A stretch of 64,000 nucleotides of DNA from an uncultured Acidobacteriota bacterium (GTDB lineage Bacteria; Acidobacteriota; JAQAZP01). This document shows, piece by piece, positions 10,403 through 20,147 of the stretch. The notes under the pieces are model-generated. The model was not told where the DNA came from, did not search any database, and saw only the letters and a program-made list of their open reading frames with translations. Numbering within the stretch: the stretch's first letter is position 1; the number at the start of each line of letters is the position of its first letter. The translations under genes were made by a program, and so were the position numbers. Location of the stretch: the NCBI GenBank assembly GCA_963836075.1, contig CAWIIB010000009.1:2016001-2080000 (forward strand), read 5' to 3'.

Positions 10403-10480
10403 GTTTTCCTCCTTTTCGGAAATTGTCGTTTCGTCTCCGACCCGGTTGTGGGACGGGAGACCCCAGGCGGTGAAGGATGG

Positions 10481-10684
10481 TCACCCGCCCCGCCGCATTT
10501 CATAGAGGCCGGCCAGCGCCAGGGCGACACCCATGCCGCAGGCGATACCAATGAAGAAGCCGATTATGAAATCCCACCACGACTGCTCGGGGGATGCCAG
10601 GCCCAGACCGATCACCAGCACCATGCCCAGACCGCCGAGGATCGCCAGCACCGAGCCGACCCCCATTTTTGTGCGTGCTTCCAT
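10481..10684 (-). CDS. Small 2-TM membrane protein
   Basis: MEARTKMGVGSVLAILGGLGMVLVIGL...; ATG 10684 lies 2 nt after the RidA-family stop. The longer ORF-track start overlaps that gene. Confidence 0.6.
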   Translation of the reverse strand: MEARTKMGVGSVLAILGGLGMVLVIGLGLASPEQSWWDFIIGFFIGIACGMGVALALAGLYEMRRGG

Positions 10685-10686
10685 CT

Positions 10687-11100
10687 TCACTCCCCTTTGC
10701 TGAGCGGACCCTCGTCTCCCAGCCAGGCATCCGCCTCGATTTCCACCAGCATGTCCGGGGAGACCAGGCGGCTCACTTCCACCAGGGTGGCGGCCGGCTT
10801 CACCGTGCTGAAGAATTCGCCGTGGGCCCGTCCCACCGACTCCCAGCGGTTGATGTCGGTGACGTAGATCCGGGTGCGGGTCACGTCGGCCAGCGAAGCG
10901 CCGGCCCGGACCAGCACCGCCTCGATGTTGCGGATGCACTGCACCGCCTGGGCATAGGGGTCGTCCCGGCCGACTATGGTTCCGGAATCGTCGGTGGCCG
11001 TGGTACCGGCCACCTGGATCAGGGGCCCGGTCTTCACCGCGCGGGAATAGCCCACGATCTCTTCCCAGGGCGCCCCGGAAGCATAGCGTTCCTTTTTCAT
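10687..11100 (-). CDS. RidA/YjgF family protein
   Basis: SGAPWEEIVGYSRAV, VAGTT, PAATLVEVSRL, LVEIEADA. Confidence 0.92.
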   Translation of the reverse strand: MKKERYASGAPWEEIVGYSRAVKTGPLIQVAGTTATDDSGTIVGRDDPYAQAVQCIRNIEAVLVRAGASLADVTRTRIYVTDINRWESVGRAHGEFFSTVKPAATLVEVSRLVSPDMLVEIEADAWLGDEGPLSKGE

Positions 11101-11208
11101 GGTCCCATAACTCCTGTGGGTTGATTTCCGGGTCAGTATGACATCAAATATATAGTTCCGGACAGATTTTTTCTAATATTGCCGGCCGGTTTCCTGGTGC
11201 CGCAGTCC

Positions 11209-12660
11209 ATGAATATCCCTGACATCACCGTATCGCGAGCCTATTGCGCCATGCTGGCCATGGCCCTGCTCGTTGCCGCCGGGGCCTGCTCCGACGGGAA
11301 ACCGGCCCGGTCGAATCTGCTGATCATCGTCTCCGATGCCCTGCGGGCCGATGTTCTCGGCTGTTACGGCGGGGCGGCCCGCACGCCGAACATCGACCGG
11401 TTGGCCGGTAACGGTGTCCTTTTCCAGCGCTGCTACAGCACCGCCCCCTGGACCTGGCCCGCGGCGGTGAGCATGTTCACCGGCAACTATCCCGCCGCGT
11501 ACCACCCCACCGTGGAACAGCTATTTCCGCAAAAACGGCCGGAGGCGGCGCCGGTGACCGTCTGCTATGTTCCTGAGGAGGAGCTGTTGATTGGCGAGGC
11601 TTTTGACGCGGCGGGATACGAGGTACGGATGGCCCTGCAGAATCCGCTGCCCCGGCGGTCGAACTGCCTTCAGGGTTTCCATGAACTGGATCCCGCGGCC
11701 GTCACTGCCGAGCGGAAGACCGCGGTGGAACGGGTGACCGGACCGAATGTTCGCCAGTCGGACCAGCTCATGGCCCTGCTGGACTACCTGCTGGAAGTAC
11801 CGGCCGGGCGGCCGTTCTGTTTGCTGGGCTGGGTCCTCGACCCCCACGGGGAATACGACCCGCCATTGCGCTTCAAACCGCGGGTTGCCCCGGGGGATGA
11901 ACCCCTGCCCCGGGAGCACCGCTTTTACGCCGACCTCAACTCGCGGCAGCTGAAAGAGCTGACGGCGGAGCTGGACCAGGGGGAGAGGGCGTATATCAAG
12001 GCGCTCTATGTGGCCGAAGTGGAATATGTGGATCAGCGGGTGGGACGCATCCTCGCCGCGCTGGAGCACCGTGGCCTGCTGGAGAACACCTTCATCGTCT
12101 TCACATCGGATCACGGCGAAGCCTTCTGGGAACACGGCTTCCCCTCCCACGGCAATACCTATTTCGAGGAGATGGTCCGTGTCCCGCTGATTTTCAGCGG
12201 CCCGGGGATCACTCCCGGGCAACGGCTGGAGGCTCCGGTGTCGCACCTCGGGCTGGCGTCCACCCTGGCCGAACTGCTGGGGGTCGGCGTGCCGGGCCAG
12301 GTGCAGGGGAGCAGTTACGCCGCTCTTCTCTCCGGTGCGCCGGCCTTCCCGGACCCGGTCTACTTCAGCGGGGCCCACCAGCAACTCCAGCAGGACTCGA
12401 TCATCGACGTGCCCTTTAAGCTGATCACCGGCCTGGATGGAGACAGGGCGCTCTTCAATCTGGTCACTGACCCTGAAGAGCTGCACGATCTGGCTGAGAA
12501 ACTGCCCGGGGTGGCGGCCGGTCTGGAAGCCGGGTTGATCCAGATCAGAGAGAAGAACCTGCAGCTGAGGGAAGGCAGGCCGGAGCCCGGCGATCCGGGT
12601 GCCGCGGCGCCGGACGACGACCTCCTGCGGCAGATGAAGGCCCTGGGCTACATCGAGTAG
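11209..12660 (+). CDS. Sulfatase-like (alkaline phosphatase superfamily) lipoprotein
   Basis: IVSDALRAD, TPNIDRLA, TSDHGE, VPLI, C-terminal MKALGYIE; lipobox AAGAC; start uncertain. Confidence 0.85.
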   Translation: MNIPDITVSRAYCAMLAMALLVAAGACSDGKPARSNLLIIVSDALRADVLGCYGGAARTPNIDRLAGNGVLFQRCYSTAPWTWPAAVSMFTGNYPAAYHPTVEQLFPQKRPEAAPVTVCYVPEEELLIGEAFDAAGYEVRMALQNPLPRRSNCLQGFHELDPAAVTAERKTAVERVTGPNVRQSDQLMALLDYLLEVPAGRPFCLLGWVLDPHGEYDPPLRFKPRVAPGDEPLPREHRFYADLNSRQLKELTAELDQGERAYIKALYVAEVEYVDQRVGRILAALEHRGLLENTFIVFTSDHGEAFWEHGFPSHGNTYFEEMVRVPLIFSGPGITPGQRLEAPVSHLGLASTLAELLGVGVPGQVQGSSYAALLSGAPAFPDPVYFSGAHQQLQQDSIIDVPFKLITGLDGDRALFNLVTDPEELHDLAEKLPGVAAGLEAGLIQIREKNLQLREGRPEPGDPGAAAPDDDLLRQMKALGYIE

Positions 12661-12774
12661 CGTCGGTTGCCGTACCTCTTGATTACGCGCCGGCCTATCC
12701 ACTACTCTTGTCAACAGAAGCCCCGCCGCCGGCAGCGGCCCCTGGACCCGTACCGCCCTGGAAAGGAACCGACC

Positions 12775-13983
12775 ATGACCGAAGCGTACCCAGCCGACCA
12801 GCCGCTCAGCGGAATCCGAGTTCTGGACCTCTCGAGGATCCTCGCCGGCCCCACCTGCACCATGATGCTGGGGGACCTGGGCGCCGAGGTGATCAAGGTG
12901 GAGCGGCCGGGCATGGGGGACGACACCCGCACCTGGGGCCCGCCCTTTGCCGGCGGGGAAGCGGCCTACTACCTCTGCTGCAACCGCAACAAGAAGTCGA
13001 TCACCATCGACCTGAAGAACCCCAGGGGCATCGAGCTGATCAAGGAACTGGCTGAGATTTCAGACGTGGTGGTGGAGAACTTCACCCCCGGGCTGCCGAA
13101 GAAGCTGGGTGTGGACTACGAGACGCTGAAGGCGATCAACCCGCGGCTGATCTACCTTTCGATCACTGCCTACGGTCAGGATGGCCCCTACGTCGACCGG
13201 CCGGGCTACGACATGGTGCTCTCCGCGGTGGGCGGCCTGATGTGGATCACCGGCGAGGCCGACGGCCCGCCCTGCAAGGTGGGGGTGGCGATCACCGACG
13301 TGCACACCGGCACCCATGCCGCCGGGGCGATCATGGCCGCGCTTTACTGGCGCGAGCGTTCGGGCAGGGGCCAGTACATCGACTGCAGCCTGCTGGACAT
13401 CCAGGCCTCGGCGTTGGCCAACATCGCCAGCAACTGGCTGGTGGCCGGCAAGGAGGCCGTTCGCTGGGGCACGGCCCACGAGTCGATCGTGCCCTACCAG
13501 GTCTTCGAAACCGCCGACGTGCCCATCGCCATCGCCGCGGCCAACCAGAAGCTCTGGATTCGTTTTGCCATCGCGCTGTCGCGGCAGGAGTGGCTGGAGG
13601 ACCCGCGCTTCGAAACCAACCCCAAGCGGGTGGAACACCGGGACATCCTGCTGCCGCTGATCGAGGAGCGGCTAATGGAACAGACTTGCGACCAGTGGAT
13701 GAAGCTGCTGGTAATCGCCGCCGTGCCCTGCGGCCCGGTGAACAACATGGAGCGGCTGTGGAGCGACCCGCAGTTGCTGCACCGCAACATGGTCACCGCG
13801 GTGGAGCACCCCACCATCGGCACGCTGAAGCTGGCCGGTGTGCCGGTGAAGTACTCCGAGACCCCGGCGGAGATCAAGACCGCCCCGCCCCTGGTGGGCC
13901 AGCACACCGACGAGATCCTCACCGAGGTGCTGGGCCGCACACCGGAGCAGATCAAGGCGCTGCGGGAGGACGGGGCGATCTAG
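12775..13983 (+). CDS. Family III CoA-transferase (CaiB/BaiF)
   Basis: PLSGIRVLDLSRILAGP, GAEVIKVERPG, NRNKKSITIDLK, DVVVENF, RPGYD, GVAITD. Confidence 0.95.
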   Translation: MTEAYPADQPLSGIRVLDLSRILAGPTCTMMLGDLGAEVIKVERPGMGDDTRTWGPPFAGGEAAYYLCCNRNKKSITIDLKNPRGIELIKELAEISDVVVENFTPGLPKKLGVDYETLKAINPRLIYLSITAYGQDGPYVDRPGYDMVLSAVGGLMWITGEADGPPCKVGVAITDVHTGTHAAGAIMAALYWRERSGRGQYIDCSLLDIQASALANIASNWLVAGKEAVRWGTAHESIVPYQVFETADVPIAIAAANQKLWIRFAIALSRQEWLEDPRFETNPKRVEHRDILLPLIEERLMEQTCDQWMKLLVIAAVPCGPVNNMERLWSDPQLLHRNMVTAVEHPTIGTLKLAGVPVKYSETPAEIKTAPPLVGQHTDEILTEVLGRTPEQIKALREDGAI

Positions 13984-14067
13984 GGCGCGAAGGAAAAGAC
14001 CTTGAGAAGAAGCTGGAGTCCGACCCGGCAGGATCGCGTCACGGTAAGCCGTCAGGGGAATAGGATA

Positions 14068-14134
14068 GGTAACTGTCCCTGGCCAAGGCAAGGCATTGAA
14101 TCGTGACGAATTACTGAAAGAGGTAGCTGTCCCC
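14068..14134 (+). repeat. Pair of short direct repeats (GGTAACTGTCCC and GGTAGCTGTCCCC)
   Basis: Copies at 14068 and 14122; related motifs at 15557, 15613, 28378 and 39702. Confidence 0.45.
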
Positions 14135-15471
14135 TAATTCGTGCCGGCGGCATCCGGTCCCAGCAGGGACTGGAGCTGCTCGATCTGCTCGCTGTTCAGC
14201 CGCGCTTCCGCCCGGTCCACCATGCCCGAACTGCCGTACTGCTCCCGCCACTGGGTCAATCGGTCATCGTACGGACGAACCGCTTCAGGGTAGTAGTAGA
14301 CCAGGTTGTCCTGCTCTCCCGGGTCCTGGTAAAGGTCGTAGAGCTCCCGCCGGCCCGCCGCCGGGTAGGTGATCAGCTTGCGCCATCGGGTGCGCACCGA
14401 ATAGCAGTCACTGCCGTGCTGCACGACCAGGGCCGAGTTGGCGGTGGAGCGGCTGGTGCCGAAGAGGTCCCGGCCCTTCATCAGCTCTGGTATGGGCACC
14501 CCGGCCTGCATCAGCAGGGTGGGGGGGATGTCGGCACTGCCGATCAAATCGTTGACCACGTTGCCTGCCGGGATGTTGTTCCCCCAGAGCAGTAGCGGCA
14601 CATGGATCAGTTCCTCGTAGAGCTTGTCCCGGGCCAGCAGTGCACCGTGCTCGCCAAAGGTTTCCCCGTGAGCGGCGCTGATCACCACGATACAGGTGTC
14701 GAGGAACCCGGTGTGCCGCAATTCGGCGAAGAGCGTGCGCAGGGCCAGGTCGGTGCGGTGGATCCCCGCATCGTAACGGTGCTTGACCAGCTGGAGGTCT
14801 TCGGGTGCCAGCTTGCCGCCGCTGGCCAGCAGGTTGGCGGTGGTCGGTTCGAAGCTGCTGTCCGATGTGCCGAACAGCCCTTCATACTCCCCGCCGTCCG
14901 GCCAGGGCGGGTGGATTTCGTACGTCTGGAACCAGGCGAACACCGGGCGGCCGCGCTTCGACCCGCTATCGATCATCCGGGCCAGCATGCGGGCGCCGGA
15001 CAGGGCTCCGCCCCCCTCGTCTTCGAAGTCGTCAAAAGCACCCTTGAAGCCGAAGGCTCGCGAGGCGTTGCCGCCGTCGGTCACCGCCACCGTGCGGTAG
15101 CCGTGCTGCTTCAGGGTGCCGGGGAGCAGCAGCAGGCCCCAGGGGACCTCGGTGCGTGTTTTTCGTTCCAATTGCGAGTCAAGGGCCACGCGGTGGGTCT
15201 CCTGGTAGAGACCGCTGAGCAGGGTGGCATGGGAGGCGGTGGTGCCGGCGGTGCTGGTGTAGGCCTTGGTCCAGACCGTGCCCTCCCGGGCCAGCTTGTC
15301 GATGAAGGACGAGGTGGGCCGGTCATACCCGTAGATCCCCAGGTGGTCAGGCCGGCAGCTGTCGAGGGTGATCAGCAAAATGTGGGGGCGTCCGGATGTG
15401 TTGGGCGGGTGGCCCCCGCAGCCGGCCAGGATGGCGAGGGCGAGGATGATGATGAGGATGCGGATCGGCAC
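14134..15471 (-). CDS. Sulfatase-like lipoprotein
   Basis: LITLDSCRPDHL, YDAGI, HVPLLLW, ELYDLYQDPGEQ; lipobox LAGC. Confidence 0.82.
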   Translation of the reverse strand: MPIRILIIILALAILAGCGGHPPNTSGRPHILLITLDSCRPDHLGIYGYDRPTSSFIDKLAREGTVWTKAYTSTAGTTASHATLLSGLYQETHRVALDSQLERKTRTEVPWGLLLLPGTLKQHGYRTVAVTDGGNASRAFGFKGAFDDFEDEGGGALSGARMLARMIDSGSKRGRPVFAWFQTYEIHPPWPDGGEYEGLFGTSDSSFEPTTANLLASGGKLAPEDLQLVKHRYDAGIHRTDLALRTLFAELRHTGFLDTCIVVISAAHGETFGEHGALLARDKLYEELIHVPLLLWGNNIPAGNVVNDLIGSADIPPTLLMQAGVPIPELMKGRDLFGTSRSTANSALVVQHGSDCYSVRTRWRKLITYPAAGRRELYDLYQDPGEQDNLVYYYPEAVRPYDDRLTQWREQYGSSGMVDRAEARLNSEQIEQLQSLLGPDAAGTN

Positions 15472-15556
15472 GCCGGTTTACCTTTACATTGTCATTGCGA
15501 GCCCCCGACCCGCGGGGGCCACGGGAGGTCTACTGAAGGAACAAATGAAAAAGAAT

Positions 15557-15625
15557 GGTGCCTGTCACTATTATTTTCAGCTGCGAATCATTGCAATGAC
15601 GGCTGGAAAATAGGTGGCTGTCACC
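15557..15625 (+). repeat. Pair of short direct repeats (GGTGCCTGTCAC and GGTGGCTGTCACC)
   Basis: Copies at 15557 and 15613 in an AT-rich intergenic region. Confidence 0.45.
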
Positions 15626-15645
15626 ATTTTCTCCATTATCTACAG

Positions 15646-15675
15646 AAAAAGGGGACAGGCCGTTGGCCTGTCCCC
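15646..15675 (-). terminator. Intrinsic terminator of the molybdoenzyme operon
   Basis: Minus strand GGGGACAGGCC-AAC-GGCCTGTCCCC followed by TTTTT. Confidence 0.8.
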
Positions 15676-15706
15676 CCAAGCATACAATAATTTACGACTG
15701 GCCGTC

Positions 15707-16672
15707 CTACTGCGGCGGCAGGGTGCCGATGCCGGCCTTGGGGTCCTTGGGCCGGGCGATGCGGCGGAACTCGAACCCGCCGATGTTCAGTGTCGGCATG
15801 GTGCCCACCACCAGCACGCTCTGGCGCAGCAGCAGGCCGCCGATCAGGCCCAGCACTGCCGAAACGACTGCGATGCCCTTCACCGTCTGGGCCGCGTCGC
15901 CGGCCATGCCGTAAAGCAGGGCCAGCGAAAGGACCAGCGGGAGGGCCAGGCCGATAACGAAATAGCCCACCACGAAGGAGGTCCGCTTGAGGATGCGCCC
16001 GGCAGACTCCGCGGCATCGGGGGTCTTGTACGACGCGTGGAGGAAGAAGAAGATGGCCAGCACCTCCAGCACCACCAGGATCGCCGCTTCCTTGGCCATC
16101 ACGCCGGTGAGGCCGGTGACCAGCCCTTCCGCCCCGCCGAAGAAAAAGATCATGCCCAGGATAACGGTGAAGTGGCCGGTGACCAGGGCCGAGATGACAA
16201 AGACCACCGGGACCACGCCGGTGCGCCAGAAGGGGATGCCCTTGGAGGCGCTGAGCAGGATGCCGGTGTAGGCCATGGTGCCGATGGCGAAGATGATGCC
16301 GAAAACGCCGACCATGTTCTTGGTGCTGTCCGGCGTGTCGGTGAACTGGTGCAGCATCAGGTGGATGAAGGAAAAGACCATGAACAGGGAAATGATGATG
16401 GTACCCCGGGCGATCCAGGAACTGCCCGGTTTCATTGCGGCCAGGACGGCCTTGGACGGCGTGCCCAGGTCTAGGATCAGGAAGATGGTGCCGATGAGCA
16501 GGGCCGGGAAGCCGATCCACAGGCCCACCGAGACCGACTCGGGACTCTTGCCGATGAAGCTGTTGATGGCGGCGATGACGTAGGCGCCGCCGCCCACCCC
16601 GCCGAGGAACAGGTAGATCGCAATCAGCCAGCCCCACTCGTGCTGCAGCTGACCGTTGGCTTTTGGATCCAT
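15707..16672 (-). CDS. NrfD/PsrC-family membrane anchor subunit
   Basis: WGWLIAIYLFLGGVGGG, LILDLGTP, SSWIARG, YTGILL...IPFW; about 8 TM. Confidence 0.92.
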   Translation of the reverse strand: MDPKANGQLQHEWGWLIAIYLFLGGVGGGAYVIAAINSFIGKSPESVSVGLWIGFPALLIGTIFLILDLGTPSKAVLAAMKPGSSWIARGTIIISLFMVFSFIHLMLHQFTDTPDSTKNMVGVFGIIFAIGTMAYTGILLSASKGIPFWRTGVVPVVFVISALVTGHFTVILGMIFFFGGAEGLVTGLTGVMAKEAAILVVLEVLAIFFFLHASYKTPDAAESAGRILKRTSFVVGYFVIGLALPLVLSLALLYGMAGDAAQTVKGIAVVSAVLGLIGGLLLRQSVLVVGTMPTLNIGGFEFRRIARPKDPKAGIGTLPPQ

Positions 16673-16766
16673 TTTGTCTCCCTCACTATTTACGAAGTAT
16701 GAATCTTGTATACCGTGAATCCATGTCAGCAATCGCGGGGCGGGCCGTGACCCGCCCCGCGGCGAT

Positions 16767-17393
16767 TTACCTCGGGGCCAGGTAGTAGACCTTGGGCTTG
16801 TTGCCCAGTTCGGGGTTGAGCACCTCACCGCGGTGCAGGCGGATCAGCGTCGACGCCTCGCTGTCCGGGTCGTCCAGGTCGCCGAAGGTCCGGGCGTTGG
16901 CCGAGCAGGCCTCGACGCAGGCCGGCAGCTTGCCCTCGTCCAGCAGGTCGCGGCAGAAGTCGCACTTGGTGGCCACGCCCACGCCGAACTTCTCTTCCCA
17001 GTTCTTCTTGGCCCACTCCTCGTACTCGGAGAGCGGCAGCCCGTCAGGGAAGTAGCTCTCCCACTCCTCGACGGAGTAGCGCGCGCCGTAGGGGCAGCCC
17101 ATCATGCAGTACTTGCAGCCCATGCACTTGTCCTTCTCCACGATCACGATGCCGTTGTCCAGCTTGACCGTGGCCCCGGTGGGACAGACTTCGAGGCACG
17201 AGGGTTCGTCGCAGTGCATGCAGAGCACCGGCAGGGCCTGGCGCACCGCGTTGGGGAACTTGCCCTGCTCGCCCTTCAGCACGCGGGCCCAGAAGACCTT
17301 GGGCGGGGTGTGGTTCTTCACCTTGCAGGCCATGACGCAAGCGTAACAGCCGTAGCACCGTTTGAGGTCGATGACCATTCCGTATTGTGGCAT
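16767..17393 (-). CDS. 4Fe-4S electron-transfer subunit (PsrB/DmsB/NrfC-like)
   Basis: CYGCYACVMAC, CMHCDEPSCLEVCP, CMGCKYCMMGCP, KCDFC...PACVEAC. Confidence 0.95.
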   Translation of the reverse strand: MPQYGMVIDLKRCYGCYACVMACKVKNHTPPKVFWARVLKGEQGKFPNAVRQALPVLCMHCDEPSCLEVCPTGATVKLDNGIVIVEKDKCMGCKYCMMGCPYGARYSVEEWESYFPDGLPLSEYEEWAKKNWEEKFGVGVATKCDFCRDLLDEGKLPACVEACSANARTFGDLDDPDSEASTLIRLHRGEVLNPELGNKPKVYYLAPR

Positions 17394-17414
17394 GTCGTTA
17401 TCTCCTGACGCTTG

Positions 17415-20105
17415 CTAATCAGCCTTGTAGACCTTGACCCGACAGCAGATGTCCTGGTTGAAGGTCAGCGGATCGGTGTGTCCGAGGTCCATTTCAACAA
17501 GGTCGTTGAAAAAGACCCCCTTGCCCTCGGCCACCGGCAGGTGCTTGCCCCAGTGGCCGGCCACCGCGGCGATGGCCAGGTGGTGCGGTTCGATCCCCTC
17601 GGAGAGGGAGACGTAACCCTTGACCCGGTGTCCCTCGGGGTTCTCCAGCCAGATGTAGTCGCCGTCCGCGATGCCCTTCTTCTTCGCCGTGCCCACGTGC
17701 ATCTGCACCGAGTAGGTGGTCGGGTCCTCCTGGGCGACCTCGTCGAGGTAGGGGTTGCACTGGGTCAGCGAGTTGCTGTGGATCACCGACCGCCAGTAGA
17801 AGGTGTGCATGTCGAATTCGGGATCTTCCTCGGTGTGCGTCGGGCAGGGGTACCAGTCGGCCAGCGCCTTGAACCTCGACCAGTCGAAGTCGAAGAAGTC
17901 CTTGCCGCCGTAGTGGTCCCACAGCTTGGAGATCTTCTCTCCGGATTCGATGAAGTACTCGAAGTAGACCGGCACTCGGGAGGGGTTGAACCACTTCCAG
18001 TAGACGTCCTCCTTCCGCTTGGGCCAGGTGATCAGGCCCCGCTTCTTGAAGTATTCCAGGTCGAATTCGTCACCGAAGCGGTCGCGCACCAGCCGGTCGC
18101 AGACGTCGGGCCAGGTGTGGACCACGCTGCCGTCCTCGATCAGCTTGTTCTTCTCCAGCATCTCGCCGCCGTAGCGCATGGGTACCGTGTCGTTGAGACC
18201 CTTGAAATACTTGCCGTGGATGCCCAGGCGTTCGGAGATGTCGATCATCACCTGGTTGAAGTCCCGGCGCTCGTAGAGCGGCTCCACCACCGGCTGGCGA
18301 ATGGTCCAGCCCCAGTCGTCCTCACCCTGGGGGTGGGAGAAGGTGGAGGGGAAACTCACCGCCGGTGTAAACCGTTCGAGGAAGCAGGTGTCGGGCAGGA
18401 TGATGTCGGCCACCGCCTCCTCGAACTCGGTGACGTAGAGCTGGAAGGAGAAGATGAACTTGAACTTCTTGAGGAAGTTCTCGGTCACCGTTTCGGCGTT
18501 GCCCATGGTCATCACCGAGTTGGAACCGAAGTTGATCATCACGTCCGGGCGGTAGGGGACCTCGAACCGCTCGAGGATGTCGAACCACTCCGGGCTGCAG
18601 ATGGTGAAGGCGTTGTAGATCGAGGTGGGGAACATGTCGTGCAGGTCGAGCCGGGTTGGCGGCTTGGGCTCGCGCAGCGGGTAGGGCACGTGGTCGTAGA
18701 CCCAGGCCTTGGCCGTCAGCAGGCCGTCGGGGCAGGGGTAGGGGATCTGGAAGGGCTTGCCGGTGGTCAGTTCGCCGGTCTCGGGGTGGGTGAAACCGTT
18801 CATCACCGTGCCGCCCAGCCCCAGGGCGCTGCCGTAGGTGTCGGCCGCGCCGACGATGTGGTTGACCATGTCGATGGAGAGGCAGGTCCAGCCGGAGTTG
18901 GTGTGCCCCTGGGCCCCGCGGAAGAAGTGGGTGGCCACCGGGCGCCGCGGAACCTTTCTCGGTCCCTCGTCAGTCTCGATGGTCACCGTGGAGCCGATTT
19001 CCGCCGCCTCGCCGAACTCTTTGGCAATGCGGCTGATGGTCTTGGCCGGCACGTAGGTGATCTTCTCGACATACTCCGGCGTGTATTTCTTGACATGTTC
19101 CTTGAGCAGTTCGAAGGCTGGGGTGCACTCCACGCCGCCCACGGTGTATCTGCCTTCCAGGGCCACATCGTGGGCCTCGTCTTCGTACTGCACCCGGGTC
19201 ACCGACGGGTCATTGTGTGCCTTGGGCGCGTTGTCCACCAGGTCCCAGACCAGCGGCAGGTTGGTCTCCGGGTCGCGCATGTACTTCCCGTCATCGGGCT
19301 TGATCAGATACGGGGAGTTGGTCTTGTAACTCAGATACTCGGCATCGTAGATCCCGTGCTCATTGATCAGCGAGTTGACCAGGCCCAGGGCCAGGGCGCC
19401 ATCGGTGCCCACCCGGATGGGGATCCACTCGTGGCCCTTGGAGGCCTGGTTGCTCTGGAACGGGTCGAAGACGATGTTCTTGAAGCCGCGGTAGCGAGCG
19501 TCGGCCACCTGGGTGGCGTTCTGCACCGCGGTGTGGCCCGCGCCGTGGCCCTTGGAGCAGCCGAAGTTCAGCGCGTAGTTGCAGTGGGCGAAGTCGGGGA
19601 TGATCGACCACGACACGTGCATGATGCCGTTCATGAAGTGCGCGCCGTTGCCGCAGTGCAGGCCGCCGCCGGAGACCCAGTAGTTGGGGGTGCCGAAGCC
19701 GCGCATGAAGCCGATGACGCCGAAGCGGATCTCCGAGGCCTGAGTGGTGGTGGCCTGGAAGAAGAGGCCCCGGGGGTCGCGTTCCTGGCACTCCTTCAGT
19801 TTCTCGTTGATCGTGTCCAGCGCTTCCTCCCAGGAGATGCGCACGAACTTGGGATCCTCGCCAAGACCCTTCTTGGGGTTGGTCCGCTTCATCGGGTAGT
19901 TGACCCGGTACGGGTCATACAGCAGGTGCGGTGCGGCGAGACCCTTGACACAGATCGAGCCTCTCCCGGTGGGCGCATCGGGGTTCCCCTCCACCTGGGT
20001 CACGATGCCGTCCTGCACGCGGGCCTTGATGCCACACATGCAATAGCATTGACCACAGCAAGTGGGGACCCACTTATCCTGTTTCTGACTAGCGGCTGTT
20101 CCCAT
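17415..20105 (-). CDS. DMSO reductase-family Mo/W-bisPGD catalytic subunit without Tat signal
   Basis: N-terminal CGQCYCMC...C Fe-S motif; PMKRTNPKKG..EDPKFVRISWEEALD; ADIILPDTCFLER; ATG 20105 follows AGGAG. Confidence 0.92.
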   Translation of the reverse strand: MGTAASQKQDKWVPTCCGQCYCMCGIKARVQDGIVTQVEGNPDAPTGRGSICVKGLAAPHLLYDPYRVNYPMKRTNPKKGLGEDPKFVRISWEEALDTINEKLKECQERDPRGLFFQATTTQASEIRFGVIGFMRGFGTPNYWVSGGGLHCGNGAHFMNGIMHVSWSIIPDFAHCNYALNFGCSKGHGAGHTAVQNATQVADARYRGFKNIVFDPFQSNQASKGHEWIPIRVGTDGALALGLVNSLINEHGIYDAEYLSYKTNSPYLIKPDDGKYMRDPETNLPLVWDLVDNAPKAHNDPSVTRVQYEDEAHDVALEGRYTVGGVECTPAFELLKEHVKKYTPEYVEKITYVPAKTISRIAKEFGEAAEIGSTVTIETDEGPRKVPRRPVATHFFRGAQGHTNSGWTCLSIDMVNHIVGAADTYGSALGLGGTVMNGFTHPETGELTTGKPFQIPYPCPDGLLTAKAWVYDHVPYPLREPKPPTRLDLHDMFPTSIYNAFTICSPEWFDILERFEVPYRPDVMINFGSNSVMTMGNAETVTENFLKKFKFIFSFQLYVTEFEEAVADIILPDTCFLERFTPAVSFPSTFSHPQGEDDWGWTIRQPVVEPLYERRDFNQVMIDISERLGIHGKYFKGLNDTVPMRYGGEMLEKNKLIEDGSVVHTWPDVCDRLVRDRFGDEFDLEYFKKRGLITWPKRKEDVYWKWFNPSRVPVYFEYFIESGEKISKLWDHYGGKDFFDFDWSRFKALADWYPCPTHTEEDPEFDMHTFYWRSVIHSNSLTQCNPYLDEVAQEDPTTYSVQMHVGTAKKKGIADGDYIWLENPEGHRVKGYVSLSEGIEPHHLAIAAVAGHWGKHLPVAEGKGVFFNDLVEMDLGHTDPLTFNQDICCRVKVYKAD

Positions 20106-20147
20106 GTTTGACTCCTGCTCCCCTGGATTGTTGGTACACAACTGCGG

